From assembly GCA_951406725.2 (NCBI GenBank), contig OX597832.1, positions 69,998,001-70,062,000 on the forward strand: a stretch of DNA of 64,000 nucleotides, given 5' to 3'. The notes below the pieces were generated by a model, which worked only from the letters and a program-made list of their open reading frames with translations, was not told the origin of the DNA and searched no databases. Below, in pieces: positions 26,199 through 45,847 of this stretch. A program made the translations under genes and the position numbers. This DNA is from Octopus vulgaris (Eukaryota). Numbering within the stretch: position 1 is the stretch's first letter; each line of letters begins with the position of its first letter.

Positions 26199-27975
26199 AG
26201 AAGAGGAATATTCCAGGGAGACACGCTCTCTCCACTCCTTTTCTGCTTGGCACTGTCACCTCTATCTGATATGCTAAATAGAACTGGATGCGGATATAAA
26301 TGTTACGGCAAAACGATCAGCCGCCTTTTATATATGGATGACCTAAAACTATACGCTGCAAATGACAAACAGCTGGAAACACTATTAAAGACAGTTCATG
26401 GATTTACCAAAGAAATAGATATGAAATTTGGATTAGAAAAAATGCGCCAAAGTAACCCTGAAAAGAGGAAAACTAGTTAAGAGTAACAACATCACACTAC
26501 ATAAAACCAATGAAATAAAAGAATTAGACCAAAGCCAAACTTACAAATACTTAGGAATCCATGAACTAGATAAGACACAACACACACAAATGAAAGAGAA
26601 AACAAAAAAAGAATATTATAGACGAGTTAGATCAATACTAAACACAGAGCTCAATGCTAAAAACAAGATAATAGGTATCAACACTTTAGCTGTCCCAGTT
26701 ATAAGTTACAGCTACAATATCCTTAACTGGACACGAAATGAACTGACCAAAATAGATAGGAAAACAAGAAAAATAATGACAGGATCTAGGATGCATCACC
26801 CAAAATCTGACATAGAAAGACTATATATACAACGTATAGAAGGTGGTAGAGGCCTTATACAGCTGGAAAACTACTATAAAATAACCACCATAGGACTGCA
26901 AAAATATCTACTTCAGAAGGAAGGGAAACTGATCCAGATAGCGGCAAAACACGAGCAAAACAAAAAACTGTTCTCAGTATTTAAGGAAGCTGACAAATAC
27001 AAACAAGAAATCATACCACCTAATAAACATGAAGAAGAAGAAGAAGATGAAGAAACAACAAAAGCTATAAAACAAATGAAATCCAAACTAAAAATAGAAC
27101 AGCAACGAACCATGAGAAAACGATGGCAAGAAAAGCCCCTTCATGGTAAATACTGGACTAAACTAAACGCAAAAGAAATAGACAAAGAAAAATCCCAGCA
27201 ATGGTTGAGAAGCTCAGGACTCAAAGCAGAGACAGAGGGATTTTTTAATTGCAGCACAAGACCAAAGCCTCCCCATCAGAAATTACGAAAAACATGTAAT
27301 GAAAAGAAATATTACAAGTAACTGCAGAATATATGGAGATGGACAAGAAACAATAAATCATATTATCTCTAGCTGCCCAGTCTTGGCTAAGAAGGAATAT
27401 ATTCACAGACATGACAGAATTGGAACCTACATACATTGGAAGCTATGCCAACATTATGGAATAACAACAGAAAAAAGATGGTATAGGCACACACTAGAAA
27501 AGGTCACAGAAAACGAGAAAGCAACCATACTCTGGGATATGCCGATACACACAGATAGAGAAATTAAGGCCAACTGACCAGATATAGTTGTCAGAGATCA
27601 TGAAGAAAAAAATGCTTTCTAATTGATGTATCAATACCGGCTGATGACAACGTGTCTCTAAAAGAAATGGAGAAACTCTCAAAATACAAAGACCTGGAAA
27701 TAGAGGTAACTAGAATGTGGAATCTGAAAACAGAAACAATTCCTATCATAGTAGGTGCATTAGGCATGATAAAAAATTATTCAGACAAATACATAACAAA
27801 AACACCAGGACTTACAAACACATATAACATACAGAAAATTGCACTACTAGGCACTGCACACATCCTACGCAGAACACTCTCCATACAATAACCAACAGAG
27901 CATCACAGCACATACCCAAGGCACACAGAGCTGCGCTCGGTAGTGAAGTGAAAGCACGCTATAAAAATAAAACTA

Positions 27976-27980
<5 letters not shown>
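26199..27980 (+). mobile_element. 5'-truncated R4/Dong LINE (copy B)
   Basis: GIFQGDTLSPLLF, YMDDLKLY, RHD, KLSKYKDLEIE; 3' end aaaataaaactactgaa followed by (TAA)n; highly similar to copy C. Confidence 0.93.

Positions 27981-28054
<74 letters not shown>
27981..28054. repeat. (TAA)n tract
   Basis: Directly visible. Confidence 0.95.
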
Positions 28055-28058
<4 letters not shown>

Positions 28059-28424
28059 GATCACACAGAGAGCACAAACATCCGCCAAGGCAACACCAAC
28101 GTCCTCTCAACGATTAGCCAGAGATGACTTTTAATATGAGAATATCTGAAATTAGCTTGGCTGCTCTCATAAACGAGAATACTAAAAATGAACCCGACCG
28201 CTCTCAAAATTATGTAAAAGAAAAAAAAAACAGGAAAAATAATCCAGAATCCTTCTCCAGAATCGGATCGATCCCAAAATCTAATAAGTTCGTGCCAGTG
28301 ACAAGGCCAAACATCCCTGAAATTTCATCCGAATCCATCCAGCGGTTCTTGAGACATCTTGTCCACGGACAAACAAGCAAACACGACTGAAAATAATACC
28401 TCCGCCCTCGCTAAGGCGGAGATA
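28055..28424. mobile_element. Non-autonomous Helentron/HINE-like element
   Basis: Sub-terminal tccgccaagg (28081) and terminal hairpin CTCCGCC-ctcgctaa-GGCGGAG (28400-28421); no TSD; inserted in a TAA tract. Confidence 0.65.
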
Positions 28425-28432
28425 ATAATAAT

Positions 28433-28771
28433 AAAGGAACTGAAATTTATTTAAGAATGATTCATGGCTTACCATCCATGCAGAAAGTGCACAAGACTGT
28501 CTTAACTGGTACGTCACACACGTATTGAGAAGAGCGTTGTCGCTGTGAATTTTCTTTCCTTTCCTCACCTCTTATTTTAGTTGTTTACGTTTTTATTTTT
28601 TACCTTTCCTTCTTCTCTCTGTCTTCCTGCTTTTCTCTATCATATGACTTTGTAAATGAACAATCCGGTGTGTTTACTTTAATGGCCTACCAATGTATAC
28701 CGTACGTTTCTCTGTCCAAGATGACAGGAAGAGACTCGGAAAGAAATGGAAACAGAATTGAAAGAAGATGC
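28433..28771 (+). mobile_element. R4/Dong LINE extreme 3' fragment (copy X)
   Basis: KGTEIYLRMIHGLPSMQKVHKTVLTGTSH aligns with the C-terminus of copy A (KGADCYLIQMPGNPKMAEIQKIVLMGTAH); followed by (TAA)n. Confidence 0.7.
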
Positions 28772-28817
<46 letters not shown>

Positions 28818-28818
28818 C

Positions 28819-28870
<52 letters not shown>

Positions 28871-28871
28871 T

Positions 28872-28950
<79 letters not shown>
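28772..28950. repeat. (TAA)n tract with a (TAATGA)n variant block
   Basis: Directly visible. Confidence 0.95.
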
Positions 28951-32730
<3,780 letters not shown>

Positions 32731-32734
32731 CACT

Positions 32735-34647
32735 GTATAGAAACTTAGAAAAGTGTGCTGCTACCTATTAAACAGAAAAGGTGTCGAAAGAGGAGCCGGG
32801 GAAAGAAGGATCAGTTTTTAATCGATAATCTAAGCAGCAGAAACTGCAAGAGAAGTTACACAAACCTGAGCATGTCATGGGCACACTCCTGATTAATAAG
32901 AACAAAGGAAATCTATGGAGTAGTAAAAAATATGAAAAGTCTTATATAGAACAGTTTGAAATGGTGGAGAACGGAATTAAGCTCGGGGAATCAAGTATTA
33001 GGAGGGGTGAAAAATCAAGTGAGGGATCTTCCAGGGGGACAGTGTGTCCCCACTGATATTCGTGCTGGCAATTATCACTTTGAGTGAAATACTACAGAAA
33101 ACAAAGTTTGGATATGACCTGGAAAGAGGTAAGGGAAATCTGAACCACTTGCTATTCATGGCCGACTTGAAGTTATTCGCAATAACTGAGTCAGATCTGG
33201 ATAGCCTAATCCGCTCTGTGCGGATTTTCACCAATGATCTAAAGATGGAGTTTGGACTCTCAAAACGTGTTACGATGGTAATGAGCCGTGGAAAGCTTGT
33301 CAAGACAGACGACACGTGGTTGCTAAGTGGTGAAATGATGAAGGCACTTCAACCTCAATCCAGCTATAAATACCTACGAATACACGAGGCAGATGAAATT
33401 AAACACAATGACATGAAGCAAAGGACAAAAAGAGAGTATCTGCAGCGAGTTAGGAATATACTAGCTTCCAAGCTGCATGCCAGAAACATAATTTCTGCAA
33501 TAAACTCGCGTATAGTCAAAGTAGTTCGGTATGTCGATCCTGAAGTGGAGAGACGACGAGCTAAAGAAGAGGGACAGGAAGTCAAGAAACCTCCTATCGA
33601 TGCATAGAACACATCATTCACGTGCTGACACTGATAGCCTATACATGAAGTGAGCAAATGGAGGAAGGGGATTGGTAAGTGTAGAAGATTGTGTAGGTAT
33701 TGAACTCAAGAGGTTAGTGGGATACATAGCCCAGTGTAAGGAAACATTGCTAGTGTCAGTTAGGAACGAGGGAGTATTGAAAGCAGAGAAAAAAAGGAAA
33801 AATAAAGGAAGAAATACAAAAAGGACACGAAAAAATTCGCAACAAAGGACTACACAATCAATTCCATGTAGCCTCAGCTGAAGTTGCTGGAAAAAAAGGG
33901 TGGGATTGGCTGATGAAAGGGACACTAAAAAAGAGACCGAGAGCACTATACTGGTAGCGCAAGACCAAGCTTTGGCCACGAACTGGATGGGCAACTGAAG
34001 GAACGAGCAAGTGTCTCCACTGTGCCACATCTGCAATAGAGTGGACGAAACCATTGACCATATCACGAACGAATGTCCTAGACTCGCCCCAAACCATTAC
34101 AAGTTGTGGCGACACGGCCAGGTAGTAAAAGTGCTACGTTGGAAACTGTGCGAAAAGTGGGAGTAAGAGAGAAGCAAAGAGAACAAACTGCAGAGAGTGG
34201 TGGTGTTGGAGACTAGCAAAATTTTCTGGGATTTCCCAAGCCAAACACACCGGACCTAGTGGTGATGGACAAAGTGCACCACTTATGGGATATAGTTTGT
34301 GTCGCATGCCCATTTCACCCATGAATAGTCAAGAAGGAGAGCGAAGAGATAAATAGATACAACCCTCTTAATTACGAAATAAACAGGGTATGGAAAATGA
34401 AGAAAGGGAAGATAGTGCCAATTACTGTTGGGTCTCTGGGAACAGTATCAGAAGGTATCAAGCGGAATATAAAGGAAATTGCCCAGTAGAAGTGTTAGAA
34501 AAGTTTTATCGTCTTGGCACTGCCAGAATAATCAGGAAAGTATTAGATAGCTGAAAAGAACGGAGAGTATGGTACCGTAGGCTGTAGGTAGCAAACTTGC
34601 TACGCATACAAGACTCCAGAATTTCCAAAAAATCGAGTGATAAACAG
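32735..34647 (+). mobile_element. Older, degraded R4/Dong LINE (copy D, different subfamily)
   Basis: GIFQGDSVSPLIF, LLFMADLKLF, CHIC..ETIDHITNEC, RLE remnant; (TAA)n tail at 34648. Confidence 0.85.
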
Positions 34648-37384
34648 TAATAATAATAATGATAATAATATTGAGCATGTCCATTAGTGGCTGATGATAT
34701 GTGCATCCCTGATCACGAGCACGTGTAGTGGGTAAGCATCATAGCCATGTGTTGAGAGGACTTCTTAGGGGTTTGAATAGTTCGTCTCTAGAAACATGGG
34801 GGTTTCGTTCATCATCATTATTCGGGATCATTTGAGCGGAATGGGCGGCTCAACATTAGGAAAATTCTAACTGGGCCCCTTCTGCAAAATCGTGGTTTTT
34901 TTTAAATCTTGATATGAGGTCATCAAATGGCACACATATGGTTGCGATGCATGTACCTGGTGTACCCTTATCAGACGGATAGTCATGATGGGTTTACTGG
35001 GCTTTGTGTATTTGTACTCCCGTGTCACTTTGAATTGCAAGTCTATAGAGATATTCTGAAATCGAATAATGTCACTAAAAGAAACATTTATTTTTCTTTT
35101 TACCAGTTACTAACTGGTAAGGATATAAGAATTATCATGGAAGTTTTTTGGTAAACTATTCCACCTTCAGAAGGGTAATTAGAATGGTATTCATTATGCT
35201 TCTGAAGATGGAATAGGTCTCCATAACCATATCGGTGCAAGCAGTATGCTGAGAACTGTATTAAATACTTAACTATCCTAGAAACAGCAGTAAAGATCTT
35301 CATGGATGTTTTTTTTTCTTTCAATTGTAAGGTTTTTACCTGTGGTACCATCGATCTACAGACCATTATGGACAACGCCATGCATTCTACTCATTTGTAT
35401 CCTAAACATGATGAATTTTCCACAGCACTTCCTGTAAGAGTGATGCAAAAACGTGACCCGCATATGCGACCAATTAGAGTTATATATTCCCACATACAGT
35501 TATTCATCCACGCACGCACTTTCCTAGATACCACCGGAGAGAGAAGATGGAGGCCTACAAAAGAGCCATGACAAAATTTAGGACTATCATGGAGAATAAC
35601 GCAAGTATGATCTGTCCGATGTACTCAAGCAAGCTCTGGTGTAGTAAAGAATGGACAAAAAGAAAGATAGTGAAGGCCAATTCATGGAATGACGACACAA
35701 AATACCAGAGCGTACCTAGAGAGAGAAGACAGTAAGAACACGGTGGGGGAAAATGAGACAAGATACGAAGCCACACTCACAGGGTGCACATTCTCATGCC
35801 AAATACCTTGACAAATACGCTGGCATAAACGGTAACACATGCGCAGACAGGAAAACGTATCACAGAAAGACAAGACGCAGTAAAGAGAATAAAGCCAAGA
35901 AGAAGAGATATAGTGAAGAAAAACAAATAGTTGTTGAAGAGGTCACAGAATGTGCGATGAATGACCTCTGACAAAATAACCAATAACTAATAATAATAAA
36001 GCTGAAATGAAGGCTAAATAATGTGTGTTTAATGGCAAAGTGACCGTCCTCAAATATAACACACACACACAAACACAGGAGCATACACAAACACACATAT
36101 ATATACGTACATATATGTACTACGCTTATACATACACGTACAAATACAAATACCCTCCGACACGCACACATACAAATACCCACAAATACAATAAGCTTGT
36201 ATGAGGTGTATGTCTGTGCGTGTGCATCTATCCATGACATGCTCCAGCAAGTAAAAGAATACCTGTGTTTCGTTTCAGTCAGACAATTGAATCATAACAT
36301 GGTGGGTAGGTAGGAACTATGGAAATATTCAGTGAATATATTATAAAAGGTGGAGGAGAAAGTTTTTGTTTCAAAAAGTGTCTGACACAAATTTGATTGA
36401 ATTCCATTCCACGGTGCCAACGTCGTGTCAGAGAGATGCTTTCCAGATTCAATTGTTTCTTGCTAGTTTGCTAACATTAGAAACATTATGCATAGTTAAT
36501 GTTATTTACCTAGGAATTTTAGTGGCAAAATCTGATAGCTAAATTGTCCAACATTATTTATACAAGTCTCAATTTTACAATTACACACTAACGCTTTCTA
36601 CCACTCTCTTTCTCTCTTTCCTTCTCCCTCTCTCCATTTTTCTCTCCTCTGTCTCTCCCTTTCTTTCTCCCTCTCTTCCGCTCTCTCTTTCTTTCTCACT
36701 CTCTCCCTCTATGACCAACTGCTCCTACATTCCCCCCACCTCATTGGCTCGATCACGTGCTTTCACTCTCTTTCGTGACAATTCTATCCGCTCTTTTGTT
36801 TGCTCATGCGCCTCGTCTTGCACGGTGATTTTTTTCTAGTCAGTAATTGAAAGCATTTAAAAAAATTTAGACTCATTATTGATTTTATTTGAATTTACTG
36901 ATTAGTTAACATGGAGCTATTGATCTGTTCTACTGATCATCACGTAAAAGAGTATAATAATTGATTCTAACACTTGTGGGAAGGGCTTAAAAATTATATT
37001 GATCCTTTCACTATTTGGCTGCTACTTTGAGTTATCGACCCTAGAAAGATGAAAAACAAAATTTGAACCCGCCAAATTTTTAATTCTGAACATAAAGAAC
37101 CAGAAGAAATAATGCTATGCATATTGTCCGATTCTCTAACACCACGCTAACTGCTGAGAAGTGAAGAGCCCGAATCAATGCTGGCGGGCATTTACCGATT
37201 CTCTCATGATGTCCAATTCAATTGTTACTTCTGGTCTTCATCTGCTCATATGAATTTTTTTTTTTCTGAGTGGGTCGATAGCATCCACCCCAGTGCTTTT
37301 ATTAGAATCTTAATAATTGTTTCTAATTTTGGCCCAAGATCAGCAGTACCGAGTTTAGAAGAGGTGAATTACACCGCACCTCAG

Positions 37385-38170
<786 letters not shown>

Positions 38171-38171
<1 letters not shown>

Positions 38172-38906
38172 GCGGAAGCCTGATCATCGCTGCACAGTCC
38201 ACGTTACCCCTACTAATTCAGTGAAGAAAAACACCTATAAAACTTCTGACAACAAGAACTACAGACTCTGTGGAAAGAGTGTGGAAAATGTGACCCACTT
38301 GGTAAGTGGATGTGAGAGCCTTGAACAAAAACAATACAAACGGCGCCATGATAAAGTGTGTGTGTATCTTCATTGGCTCTTATGTCGTAAATACCAATAT
38401 AAAGTAACGGAGAACTGGTATGAGCATGTACCAAGTAAAGTTATGCAGGAGGATGGTAAAGTAACGATACTCTGGAACTGTGATATTCAGACAGATCGTG
38501 TAATAGAACACTGTCAGCCGGATATCGTCATATTGTATAAGACAGACATATAATGTCAGATCATTGATGTAGACATTCGAAATGACATGAATGTTGTCCG
38601 CAAAGAGGTTTAAAAGATCACCAAGTCCGCCGAATTGAAAGTGAAGATGATAAGACTATGGAATTCAAGAGGATAATGTAAAATTGATACCAGTGGTAAT
38701 CGGAACGTTGGTCACAACCCTGTTGAAACTTCAAGATTTCTAAAGCCAACTGGAAATCCCATGCAAGATTGATATCTTGCAAAAAGCAGCCTTATTGGGC
38801 ACGGCGCACATATTAAGGAAAGTATTATCTATCTCAGATCTTTGTTGTGACTTGACAGATGACAGAAAGACTCCAGTGCAGTCTTACCTACACTGTGTTA
38901 CGAAGG
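38171..38906 (+). mobile_element. R4/Dong LINE 3' fragment (copy F)
   Basis: RLCGKSVENVTHLVSGC, RRHDKV, TILWNCDIQTD, QPDIV, LQKAALLGTAHILRK; TAA tail. Confidence 0.88.
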
Positions 38907-38934
38907 AATAATAACAATAATAATAATCATAATA

Positions 38935-40082
38935 ATATCAACACATGCAGGGGTAATCGCGTCGGCAGTAGACGAACTAAATAGCTTAGACAGAAAACAA
39001 GGAAGTTACTAACTAGATATGGGTCATTCCACCCAAAAAGTGATACAGACAGACTGTATGTACCAAGAAAAATAGGGGAAAGAGGAATTACTGGATGCGA
39101 ACACAGCATTAGAGCAGAAGAAAACAACATAGCATGGTATGTAAAAAGAGCCACAGAACCGCTATTATTAGAAGTAGGAAGGTCAAGCTTGTGTAAGATG
39201 AAAGATTGCAAGGATAAAGCACTATACAAGGAATTGAAAACGAATGAAACTGAAAATAGTTCGGTAAAGAAAAGAATGCATGGTCAATTTCATGGGGATG
39301 TCGAAGATAAGTGAGACAGAGAAAAAAGATGGCTGTGGATAACTAAAGATGATTTAAAATTGGAAACGGAGGCTCTAATGTGTGCTGCCCAAGAGGAAGC
39401 ACTAAGAACGAACAAACTACATAAAATACAGACTAGACAACATAGCAGAAAGTGATAAGTGCAGAATCTGTGGACAAAACGGTGAAACCGTGTGGCATAT
39501 TACCACCCAATGTACGCCACTATAAAGGACGCCACGACAATATAGCTAGGCTTGTCCATTGGACACGTTGCAACAAGTATGGACTTGACAGAGCAAAATG
39601 TTGGTACGACCACAAGCCCGATGGCATCTTCGAAAATAGAAATGCAAAGATCCTATGGGATTTTATGATTCAGTGCGACCATGAGATAGAGAATAGGAAG
39701 CCAGACATAGTCTTAAATGAGAAATAGAACAAACTATGCTGGATCATAGATATAGCATGCCTAGCTGACAACAAGGTATGCAATAAAGAAGAAAGGAAAG
39801 TTGAGAGATATGACAGGTTAGCTTGGTTAGCTTGTAGTCGATGAAAAAGGTGGTAGTAGTACCAATAATTATCAGAGCGCAGGGAACAGTGAGCAAAAAT
39901 TTTGAGAAGTACATGGAACAAATAGGGGCTGCAATAAGGGCGGAGCACTTCCAGAAAACAGCACTGCTTGGAACTGCTCAAATACTCTGGAAGGTGCTTG
40001 AAAAATAAGGTGTTATCTTAGTTCACTGGTAGTGAACAGCTGACACCGTAGTACATCTCCAGCGTTACAAGCTGTGCAAAGA

Positions 40083-40083
<1 letters not shown>
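38935..40083 (+). mobile_element. R4/Dong-like LINE 3' part (copy G) with a (CTA)n tail
   Basis: FHPKSDTDRLYVPRK, CRICGQ, RHDNIARLVHW, ILWDFMIQCD, RKPDIV. Confidence 0.88.
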
Positions 40084-40155
<72 letters not shown>

Positions 40156-40190
40156 ACTACTACTACTTCTATTACTACTACTACTACAAC

Positions 40191-40221
<31 letters not shown>

Positions 40222-40232
40222 CTCAACAACAA
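40084..40232. repeat. Compound tract (CTA)n(CTG)n(CTA)n(TAA)n
   Basis: Directly visible. Confidence 0.95.
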
Positions 40233-40963
40233 CGACTTCAATAGAAATAACACAACAACATAAATAAAGTATTTTATTAACTTAATTTGTAAAATGATGA
40301 TAACGGATGTTTGATGATAAATTATAAATGGATTTTTCCACGACTTTCGACAGGAATTGCGTGAGATAGACAACTGTGGGACCGAAATAGAACAGAATAT
40401 ATAAAATATGTATAGAAAAAAAACAAATTAGATATAAAATATTCGTTCGATTTTTCAAAAGCCAATCAACTCTCTATACCAACTTATACTAGTGTTTCGT
40501 AAAGAAACTCACTAAAGGACAATTTCTAGGATTCTATTCTCGAGTTTGATGTAAAAGAGGACGAAAGAATAATATATTTGCTTGAAATGAAAACTTTTAG
40601 AAACAAACTGTTTTGAACACTTTTATAACACTCATCCATCATACTATGACAATAACAGAGTTTTAAAGGCTGCGTTTTTCATCGATTTAGTCGACTTTAG
40701 TGTATGATTAAGATGACTAACTTAGTCGATTAAATATCTTAGGATACAGCTATCAGAGTTTCAATGTAACAGCGTTTCAGTACTGCTGGTATATAAACAA
40801 GAGATAAATGATAAATATAACAGAGTGCAACATGTTATGTAATGTTATAATAGGACGAATATCAGACAATATCAAACTAATGCAATCGAAGAATCAAATG
40901 AAACCTAAACAACATATTTTTTTGATATTTTTCTCGCTGTGTTGCGTGTTCTTTTCTTGTACG

Positions 40964-41686
40964 CATGTGATTTTATTTTTGATTTTCTTTATAAATGAAG
41001 ATATTTCCTTCATTTTGCTGCTTTTCTTTCTATAAAACGAGAAGATACATTGCGGAATTGTTATTTTAAAAAGTTGTTTCTAGTTATCACCCGACGAGAT
41101 ACATCTGCGCTGCCGGATGCTCGTGTACCAGTTGTTAAGTGCCCCACCCGTAAGGGATCGATGCTAGATGTTTCGAAACAATTGCCGTAGTTTACAATAA
41201 AAACTCTCGTATATTCCATCTTCCGTCTTTCATTTCCCATACACATGCACACACACACACACACACATACACACCTATATATATATATGTATATATAAAT
41301 ACGCATATATACATACACATATGTACATACATGTATACGTATATATATATGCATATGTGGGCACAGGACGTCACGAAACATGTACAACAAAAGAATACGA
41401 AGCACGAGTACATGGAACATGAGCTATTCTTTCAAACGACGTAAGACACAAATGGTAACCAAAACATGTAGCCACTACACACATTTTTTTCTCTCCTTGT
41501 TTCTTTCTGTGTCTCTTTCTGTGGAAGAGCGTAGGCTCGAAACGTAAAAGACATTTTTCAATTCCTGAGCGTTAAACTAATACATCTGTTTGTCTTCGTC
41601 TTTTGTTTTTTTTTCGTGAATTCTCCCTATATATATAAAATGTGACATCAAAAGAATGAAACATCGATATTGAGGTAAGTAGAGGA

Positions 41687-41757
<71 letters not shown>

Positions 41758-41940
41758 ATATAAATACATGTGATTTTATTTTTGATTTTCTTTATAAATG
41801 AAGATATTTCCTTCATTTTGCTGCTTTTCTTTCTATAAAACGAGAAGATACATTGCGGAATTGTTATTTTAAAAAGTTGTTTCTAGTTATCACCCGACGA
41901 GATACATCTGCGCTGCCGGATGCTCGTGTACCAGTTGTTA
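40964..41940 (+). repeat. 174-bp direct duplication (40964-41137 and 41767-41940)
   Basis: The two copies appear identical by eye; offset 803 bp. Confidence 0.9.
41358..41625 (+). mobile_element. Penelope-like pseudo-LTR fragment with a minimal hammerhead variant (41514-41551)
   Basis: TCTTT-CTGTGGA-A-GAGC gtag GCTC-GAAA-CG-TA-AAAGA. Confidence 0.55.
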
Positions 41941-42422
41941 TAAGAATAGGAAGGTGAAAGGGTGCAGTTCAAATGAATGGTGAATTTTCTTTTGTGAATG
42001 AGTGTCTGTGTGTGTGACTGTATATAACGGCATTAATGTGTGTGTGTGTATGTGTGTGCGTGATTGTGTTTGTGGATGGGTGGGTGTCAGAAAACAGAGA
42101 GTGGTGAGGTGAACGGTTTGTGTCTGTGTGTTTGATAGTGCTTACTATAGATAGAGGGAAAGAGAGAGAGAAAGAGGAGGGCGAGGTATAGGGACAAAGG
42201 TAACACATACCTCACTGGATTGGGTAGTAGTTCTTTGAAAGTATAAAAAGAATTTTTTGTCTATGGGGGTGAAATATATATATAAAAAAAGTTATATTAA
42301 TTAAAAATCAAGAGGCTATCTATATTAATCATTATTCATATGATTGAAAGGTGTGTTTTTGCCAGTGCATGCATCTGTAGGACCTCTCGACGATTGTATT
42401 TATTAAAGGGACTTTATATATG

Positions 42423-42483
<61 letters not shown>

Positions 42484-42563
42484 CCGTATATTTATATGAC
42501 TAAATGTCTAAATATATATGTATGCATGCAGACGCCTATGTTTATATGAAGATGAAGTTGCTT

Positions 42564-42613
<50 letters not shown>

Positions 42614-42858
42614 GCATGTGTGTGTAAATGTGTATATATATGAGTACGTACATAGACATATATGCTTGTGTGTGTATGTGCATGTACATATACATGTTAG
42701 TGTTGAGTGTGTACGTATGTAGACGTTATGAACGCAGGTTTTAAGTCTATGTATTGCGACAAAATGGTTACATGTATTTTTTATCTTTTATTTTTTCTAC
42801 TTATTAGAGTTACTTCCCTTTTATTCAGTGGTTTGTCATAGCGTTTGTTGCCGTAAAT

Positions 42859-42912
<54 letters not shown>

Positions 42913-43220
42913 CAGGCGTACATTCACACACCCGCATATACGTCTTTGTAATATGCGGTCTTTGTAAAATGGAAAGCTGTATCATCTGAAAGAGTTCCTT
43001 CGACCCCGCTACATGTCTTAATCCAAGAACTGAACTTTTTGGATCATGTTCATATGTGACAAAATACCTGTTGCGGTTTTGGCCACCCACCCACTCAAGA
43101 TCGCAGATACAAACCGCATTTTTACTATATTGTGCACAAGCATAGCTGGGATTTAAGAAACAACAAAACAAATAACCACCAATTTTTTATGACTGCATAC
43201 TTTTCATCCACCATGTATAT

Positions 43221-44930
43221 ATCACCTCGATCACCTTGACCGACCAGTCCGTCGGGCGTCCATTTGACACCGCTGGTCACAGTACGCTGTCCACTCCTCT
43301 CTAGATCGCGCCTTCCTCCTCCACGTGATCACAATCGTCCACCTAAAATCGTAATTAAACCGTCGTGGAGGCCTTCCGAGTGGTCGTATCCGCTCGCGCG
43401 GGTACCACTCGAAAAATGCGCGGGTCCACCAATTATCGGTGAGCCGGGCGACGTGTCCAGCCCATCTAAACTTGCTGCGTGTATATTCTACGGTGACTTC
43501 CCTCACGCCGGACTTCTGTCTGATGACCTCGCTACTGATGTGTTCTCTCAACGAGATTCCAAGCATTGATCTCTCTTTGGGTCTTTGAGCCGTTACCAAT
43601 ATCTGCTCTTCTCTCTTTGTTGGAGCCCATGTTTCACTACCATATAACATTGCAGGTAGAACTGTGCTATTGATTAGGTTGTCGCGAGGGGTCCTGTTCA
43701 ACCTTCCCTTGAGCACATCCCTTACGCCATTAAACGCCTTCTATCCGGCCCATATTCTCCGCTAGATCTCCTTTTCGATGTCTCGGCGCATATTCACTTC
43801 CTGCCCCAGGCAGACATATTCCTTTACCTCTTCTATTTCATCACTGCCGACTACCATTCGACCTGCTGGTACGTTTTCATGCGGTTCATCTTGAGACCTA
43901 CTGCAGAGCTTTTGATGTAGAACTCCGTCAGCGATGAATTCTATGTCATCAGCGAAACGGAGGTGGGTGAGTAGCTCGCCATTGATGTTGACACCGACTT
44001 GCCAGTCGATGCCTCTGATGATTTGCTCGAGACATGTTTTGGAGAGATCGCATCTCCTTGTTTCACTCCCTCTCGACCGACACTCGTACGGATGATGACA
44101 GCAGAGCTATGTCGGTGGTACATCCGGAATTTACTTCCTTGGGCAGTTGCATTGCGCCTCAAATTCTTGCCTCTACAGCGAGTTCAGCACTGCGTTGGTT
44201 TCGAGGCTGTCGAAGGCCTTCTCATAGTCTAAAAACGCAACGCAAGGAGGCAGCTTGTATTCATTCGCTCGCTCAAGTAGTTGTGTTAGAGTAAATATAT
44301 GATCCATCGTGTTGTAGTCCTTCCGGAAGCCGGCTTGCTCCCTCGGTTGATGTTCATCGAGATGATGTGACAATCTGTTCAGAATTATCTTTGTGAATAG
44401 CTTGTACACGTGAGACAGCAGGCATATGGGTCCTTCTTATATAGCAGGATGGCATTTGACTCTCTCTACTGTGAGGGAATTCTTCCTTCGTCTAGATAGT
44501 GTGTGAATCGCTCGACGAGGATTTTCCAGAGCTGCTCTCTGCCTGACTTAATATCTCCGATGTTTCTTTCCCTGGCGCCTTTCCGTTCTTCATCAAGCCA
44601 ATGGCTCTTTCGACCTCACTCACAAGGATAGGTGGCATATTTTCTTCCTGTTGGAGTGGTGGTAACGACTGGATTTATCCCATAAACTTGAAGAGCTTGC
44701 AGTAGAAGTCTTCGTAAACTTTTACCATCTCACTCTTATCGTTGACCGGTACTCCATCTGTATTTTTCAGGGCCGTCACCTCTGATCTATACAGTGCCAT
44801 GTCGCTCTTGCATTTCTTGACGCTCTTCTTTACCTCTGCGGTCTTCAGGAGCTTCTTCATCCGGTATGCCTCAAAGTCTCTCTTCAGCTGCTGACGAATC
44901 ACTCTGCTGAGAAGAGAATATTCAAGGTGA
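43221..44930 (-). mobile_element. RTE-clade LINE, 5'-truncated and degraded
   Basis: YKLFTKIILNRL..QPREQAGFR..DYEKAFDS, GVKQGDAISPK, LRFADD, LPAMLYGSETW, RWAGHVAR, RPLGRPPRR. Confidence 0.9.
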
Positions 44931-44954
44931 ATATATGCAAACATAAAGATATGC

Positions 44955-45847
<893 letters not shown>

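Noticed and set aside
25842-26480. ORF fusing poly-Ile to RT motifs
   Set aside because: Chance in-frame join of (ATA)n to truncated copy B, which is frameshifted shortly afterwards.
34675-35970. Higher-complexity segment between Dong copies D and E
   Set aside because: Probably old repeats, but I could not identify any motif or ORF.
36300-36560. Possible CR1/L2 3' remnant on the minus strand (also at 10700-10880)
   Set aside because: Only a weak PWN/EWN motif; not supportable.
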